Positions 34,155 to 38,439 of a stretch of 38,439 bases of DNA are shown one piece after another (position 1 is the stretch's first letter; each line of letters starts with the position of its first letter). Source of the stretch: an uncultured Candidatus Saccharibacteria bacterium (GTDB lineage Bacteria > Patescibacteriota > Minisyncoccia > Phycocordibacterales > Phycocordibacteraceae). Below the pieces are notes generated by a model that searched no databases, was not told the DNA's origin, and saw nothing but the letters and a program-made list of their open reading frames with translations. The translations under genes and the position numbers were made by a program. The stretch lies in contig CAYITJ010000006.1 in assembly GCA_964366435.1 (NCBI GenBank), forward strand, positions 1 to 38,439, written 5' to 3'.

Positions 34155-36806
34155 TTATACCTTGCCGAGAGTGGCCCTCGCACGGCGGCGCTCTGGTCCT
34201 ATAAAGAGAACCTCTTTTGCGAATTCTATGACTGCAACATTCGCCAGTCCATAAAGAAGAAGGAGTGCTAGGTCAGTAGCAGACAGCGGCACTGTCTTTA
34301 CCACCGCAGCAACAGCAGGAACAAAGAGCGCCACCATAAGCATGAGCGCACTCACGCCAAGTGAGATAAGGAGGACCGGGTTGCCCATGGGAGAAAGTTT
34401 CCATAGTGGCGTACCAAAACTCTTTAGCGAGTACGCACCTACTACCGAGCCAATGGAGAGCGCTACAAACATCACGGTACGCAGTTCCTCCTCAGGTACG
34501 TTGTTTGCAAGCAGCAGTCCCTGAAGAAGCAACAAGAGTCCGCCACTTAGGAAGCCGACGAGCGCAATCAGTTTGAGCAAATCAGCAGAGACAATTTTTG
34601 CTACGTCTGGGTGCTTGGGTGAGCGCTTCATTGCCGACGGGTACAGGGGTTCAAAGGCGAGTGCAATATTCATGAGTCCGCCTTCAATAAGATTTGCCCA
34701 CATGATTTGGGTGGGAAGAATAGGTAGCGCAAGCCCTGCTCCAAGCGACACACTTATCACGATAAGCTCACTAAAGTTGGTGGCGAGCATGTAGGCAAGC
34801 AGCTTCTTTACGTTGTCGCGCAGTCGTCTTCCCTCTTCAATGGCGCGCGTAATCACCGAGAAGCTGTCAGTGAGCAGCACAATGTCCGCCGCCTCCTTAG
34901 CCACATCAGTTCCGCTTCCGAGCGCCACTCCAATAGCTGCCGCCTCAAGCGCAGGCGCATCATTCACGCCGTCTCCCGTCATAGCTACCACCTCACCCGC
35001 TCCCGTGAGTACGCGCGCAATACGCAACTTGTCGCTTGGCGACACGCGAGCAAACACTTGCTCGGTGCGAAGTAGGAGCAGCAAATCGCTGTCGTTCAGT
35101 AGCGCAATCTCGGCTCCAGTAACGGCACGCGTTCCCTCCTGTGAAATGCCAACCTCCTGCGCAAACCACCTAGCAGTCTCGGGATTGTCGCCGGTGAGCA
35201 TAATGACGCGCGCACCAGCTCCCTGGATGCGCGCAATAGCTTCTGCTGCGTCTTTGCGAATGACGTCGGAGAAAATGATAAAGCCGTACAATTCAACGCC
35301 GTGAATGAACTTCTCCAATTCACTCTCGGGTGGAAACTCTGTCTTAGTACTCGGCACCCTACCCACCGCAAGCACCCGCTTCCCTTCCATGGCGGCGCGT
35401 CCAAGAGCGTCTTCATAAAACTCGCGTTCACTCTTAGGAAACTTTGCGTGCTCCAGGAACACTTCGGGCGCACCACTAATATAGGTGTTAGTCTTCTTCC
35501 CCTCCTGCACCATTACTCCTGCATAGCGACGCACTGACGAGAACGCGAGCTGACTGACGCGCGGCACCTCTACTCGCAAGTGTGCTTCGGCAAGACCCGC
35601 CTCAAGTCCTGCACGAATAATTGCCTGGTCCATAGGGCGTCCACGCACCACAATACTGTCGGAGCCGGTGGACGGCGCGTCTACTTCCTCTGTGAATCCG
35701 TCAGACACAAGAATGCCCGCGCGAAGCATACGGCGAGCTACGTCTCCTTCAATCGTCTCAGTCGTCTTGCCAAGGGTAATGAATCCTACTGCCTCCATCT
35801 TCCCTTCGGTCAGAGTTCCTGTCTTGTCGGTCAAGATAATGCTGGTAGCGCCAAGTGTCTCAGCGCCAAGAAGGCTTCGCACAAGCCCTCCACTTTTTAG
35901 AATGCGCTCCATACCAAGCGCGAGCACCACGGTAATAGCAGCTGGAAGTCCTTCGGGGATTGAAGCTACTGCAAGCGCAATAGCCATAAGCAACACGTCT
36001 GCAAGTGGCAGACCGCGCACGAGCGCAAGCCCTACGATAACCACTATCACAGCACCAATTACGAGCAGGAGTATGCGCGAGACCTGCTTCATGTCTCGTT
36101 GTAGCGGCGTCTCAGTGTGCCGAGCGCTCGCCAGCTCGTCTGCAATAGCGCCGAACTCGGTCTGACTACCGATAGCCACTACCACAGCACTACCAGAGCC
36201 ACTCGTCACCAGTGTCCCTGCGTAGAGCATGCAGGAACGCTCTGCAAGCGCTGCGTGCTCGAGCACGGGCTCCACCGTCTTTTCGGTTGGCACCCATTCT
36301 CCAGTAAGCGCCGCTTCTTGTACCTCAAGTCCATTAGCAGACAGTACGCGGGCGTCTGCGGGAATCTTTACACCAGGAGACAGAACAATAATGTCGCCTG
36401 CTACCACCGTCTCTGCTCCAACTTCTTGGCGCTTGCCACCACGAAGCACCACCGCCCGAACAGCCTCACCCTTTGCAAGCGCACTAAACGAGCGCGACGC
36501 CCGCCCTTCCTGAAAGACGCCAATGACAACATTCACGAGAAGTGCTGCAGCAATGACAAGCGCATCAGTGTAGTGCGAAATGAGGACCGTCACCATGGCT
36601 GCGGCAAGCAGCACGAAAGCGATAGGGCTCTTCAGCTGACGAAACACTAGTAGCCACCATGAAGCAGGCTTTGGCTTGGGAAGTGCGTTCGCACCCTTTT
36701 TATGGCGCACGAGGGCTTCCTCGTCAGCAAGCCCCACAAGCGGGTCCACCATGAGCATGCGGCTCACCTCGCCCACATGGGTACTGTGCCAGGAATAACC
36801 ATTCAT
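34155..36806 (-). CDS. Cation-transporting P-type ATPase (P2-type)
   Basis: TGEW, IPEGLP, DKTGTLT, KDAA..TGDN, MTGDGVNDAPAL. Confidence 0.93.
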   Translation of the reverse strand: MNGYSWHSTHVGEVSRMLMVDPLVGLADEEALVRHKKGANALPKPKPASWWLLVFRQLKSPIAFVLLAAAMVTVLISHYTDALVIAAALLVNVVIGVFQEGRASRSFSALAKGEAVRAVVLRGGKRQEVGAETVVAGDIIVLSPGVKIPADARVLSANGLEVQEAALTGEWVPTEKTVEPVLEHAALAERSCMLYAGTLVTSGSGSAVVVAIGSQTEFGAIADELASARHTETPLQRDMKQVSRILLLVIGAVIVVIVGLALVRGLPLADVLLMAIALAVASIPEGLPAAITVVLALGMERILKSGGLVRSLLGAETLGATSIILTDKTGTLTEGKMEAVGFITLGKTTETIEGDVARRMLRAGILVSDGFTEEVDAPSTGSDSIVVRGRPMDQAIIRAGLEAGLAEAHLRVEVPRVSQLAFSSVRRYAGVMVQEGKKTNTYISGAPEVFLEHAKFPKSEREFYEDALGRAAMEGKRVLAVGRVPSTKTEFPPESELEKFIHGVELYGFIIFSDVIRKDAAEAIARIQGAGARVIMLTGDNPETARWFAQEVGISQEGTRAVTGAEIALLNDSDLLLLLRTEQVFARVSPSDKLRIARVLTGAGEVVAMTGDGVNDAPALEAAAIGVALGSGTDVAKEAADIVLLTDSFSVITRAIEEGRRLRDNVKKLLAYMLATNFSELIVISVSLGAGLALPILPTQIMWANLIEGGLMNIALAFEPLYPSAMKRSPKHPDVAKIVSADLLKLIALVGFLSGGLLLLLQGLLLANNVPEEELRTVMFVALSIGSVVGAYSLKSFGTPLWKLSPMGNPVLLISLGVSALMLMVALFVPAVAAVVKTVPLSATDLALLLLYGLANVAVIEFAKEVLFIGPERRRARATLGKV

Positions 36807-36852
36807 ATGTCGTACAGACAGTATAGCAAGGCATATGCTACTCTTTTCCCAT

Positions 36853-37311
36853 ATGACTATTCACCAATCCATCAAAGCTTCTATTGTTGAGGCTATGCGC
36901 GCCAAGGACGAGGTTCGTCTGCGCACTGTGCGCTCGCTCGTGACCATGATGACGAACGAAGTGGTAGCGAAGAAGCGAAAGCCAGACGAGTTCCTCGCAG
37001 ACGAGGAAGCACTTGCCGTTTTAAAGCGCGCTGCCAATCAGCGCAAAGACTCCATTGAGCAGTTCACGCAAGCTGGGAGGCCGGAGCTCGCAGAGCCCGA
37101 GATTGCCGAGCTCGCCATCATTTCTTCATACCTCCCCACCCTTATGAGTCGCGAAGAGATTGCAACCATTGTGGACGCGAAGCTTAGAGAGCATGGCCCA
37201 CTTGATAAAGCAGGTGCGGGCAAATTTATGGGCATGCTTATGAAAGAACTTGCAGGACGTGCAGACGGACCTGACGTGAAGGCGGTCATCGACGAGCGAG
37301 TGAGTGCGTAG
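36853..37311 (+). CDS. yqeY: GatB/YqeY domain protein
   Basis: AMRAKD..QRKDSIEQF..GRPELAE.E..YLP..GKFMG..GRADG. Confidence 0.9.
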   Translation: MTIHQSIKASIVEAMRAKDEVRLRTVRSLVTMMTNEVVAKKRKPDEFLADEEALAVLKRAANQRKDSIEQFTQAGRPELAEPEIAELAIISSYLPTLMSREEIATIVDAKLREHGPLDKAGAGKFMGMLMKELAGRADGPDVKAVIDERVSA

Positions 37312-37394
37312 ATTTTCCACTCATTTCGTGTTCTAATGGGGTCCGAAGGGCACGAGCCTTTCGTTGTACACAACCTTAGAAAAGGGGTAGCTCA

Positions 37395-37727
37395 ATGCTC
37401 ACCTTCTACGACGGCCACTTGGTGCTGGGTCAAAATCGCGCCGGCATGATTATCGGAATCGTTCCATCTGAGGACGGCCTGCGCAAGCTGGCCGCCAATA
37501 CGGATCTGGTACGACTTCTGGAAGATACGAGCATCTGTGGAAAGTCGTTCGAGTACCACAGCGACTTCATCGGCTCGATGTTTGTCTGCAAAGCAGACAA
37601 CGCGAACCAGTGGCAACTGGACCTTGAGGTGAAGGACATTGCAGAAACACTCCGGACGGGGTATGACTTCAACCTTCTCATCATCGAGGGACGCTACTGC
37701 CGCCTCGTCACTGACCTGGCTGCCTAA
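37395..37727 (+). CDS. Hypothetical protein (110 aa)
   Basis: SD AAGGGG; ORF followed by a hairpin at 37727-37780. Confidence 0.65.
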   Translation: MLTFYDGHLVLGQNRAGMIIGIVPSEDGLRKLAANTDLVRLLEDTSICGKSFEYHSDFIGSMFVCKADNANQWQLDLEVKDIAETLRTGYDFNLLIIEGRYCRLVTDLAA

Positions 37728-37870
37728 GGAAAACCAAGACCGCCTCGGACGCAGAACGCGTTCCGCACGGCGGTTTTCCTATTTACATACTGGCTCTCTG
37801 TACTTGGTCGTGATAGATTTGCTTTTGTCGCGCTGTTTGGGCGCGACTGAAGAAAACGGGAGAGAGAATC

Positions 37871-38062
37871 TTGATTGGTACTGGTTCCATGGAAGACACA
37901 ATGTATGGCCACCTTGAAGTGGCCATGGATTCTCGTGAAAAGGCCGATACGCTTCACGCCTGTGGTGACGTGCGTCAGGCTCGCGTTTTCGAGGGCATGT
38001 ATCGTGAACACACGGACGCGGCCCTCGGTCTCGAAAAGCGCATGCGGGAACATCCCGCCTAA
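37871..38062 (+). CDS. Small hypothetical protein (57-63 aa)
   Basis: TTG start after GGGAGA, or ATG 37889; helical sequence; terminator GGGCCGGCACGC..GCGTGCCGGCCC at 38078-38105. Confidence 0.5.
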   Translation: MIGTGSMEDTMYGHLEVAMDSREKADTLHACGDVRQARVFEGMYREHTDAALGLEKRMREHPA

Positions 38063-38133
38063 ACCAGGACTCCCAGCGGGGCCGGCACGCACTGCGTGCC
38101 GGCCCTAAGTTTTTTATTTGCTACACTTTCCCC

Positions 38134-38409
38134 ATGAAACGCTTTGTCGTACTAGATAAGAAGATTGGCCAGACACCACTTGAAGCGCTCACCCTTTGGA
38201 AACAAGCGCATCCAAAGTACGCGAACATGCCTGCAACCTATGCAGGCCGACTAGACCCGCTCGCGTCAGGAAAACTTCTTGTCTTGCTTGGAGAAGAATG
38301 CAAGCGAAAGGACACATACACGGGATTAGATAAAGAGTACGAAGTAAGCATCCTGCTGGACCTTGCTACCGACACGGGCGATTTGCTAGGTATTCCAAAC
38401 AGAGGATAG
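38134..38409 (+). CDS. truB: tRNA pseudouridine-55 synthase, N-terminal part with a premature TAG near the window end
   Basis: DKKIGQTP, YAGRLDPLASG.L (catalytic Asp), KEY, TDTGD. Only 91 aa before the stop. Confidence 0.8.
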   Translation: MKRFVVLDKKIGQTPLEALTLWKQAHPKYANMPATYAGRLDPLASGKLLVLLGEECKRKDTYTGLDKEYEVSILLDLATDTGDLLGIPNRG

Positions 38410-38439
38410 GAGGCGCCCTGTCCCAACAGAAAAAATTTA

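Noticed and set aside
1-38439. CRISPR array, prophage, IS element, or integrase-borne island at tRNA-Tyr or ssrA
   Set aside because: No spaced direct repeats, no transposase/integrase/phage ORFs, and no duplicated tRNA or tmRNA 3' end seen.
1-38439. Alternative genetic code (TGA=Gly as in Gracilibacteria/Absconditabacteria)
   Set aside because: Conserved genes are full length in code 11, and scpB, ftsW, murG and cysS end at TGA.

Overview
This window looks like a Patescibacteria/CPR chromosome segment, probably Parcubacteria-like. That is an inference from compact housekeeping genes, a short GAD-less AspRS, a type IV pilin and an S8 protease with a peptidoglycan-binding tail. It uses the standard genetic code (TGA is a stop). 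The backbone carries tRNA-Tyr, trpS, aspS, pepA, scpA/scpB, a cell-wall cluster (S11 carboxypeptidase, mraY, ftsW, murG), gltX, an M23 peptidase, a pilin, alkA, LOG, a DEDDh exonuclease, rpmA, rplI, an S41 protease, corA, cysS, dnaB, recR, rplU, rmuC, a P-type ATPase, yqeY and a truncated truB. The most interesting signals are non-coding: (1) a circularly permuted two-piece tmRNA with alphaproteobacterial-like features between ftsW and murG; (2) a ~330-nt multi-hairpin/pseudoknot RNA with its own promoter and terminator that I cannot assign to a known family; (3) a symmetric dif-like site flanked by G-rich motifs that flip polarity, a candidate replication terminus; (4) further structured elements (a 6S-like hairpin, a dnaB-recR junction, a structured 3' UTR); (5) two expression regimes: core genes that look leaderless, and self-contained orphan islets with -35/-10 promoter, Shine-Dalgarno, terminator and often GC3-rich codons, including two tandem divergent Gre-like factors. 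All RNA folds were read by eye and no searches were run.
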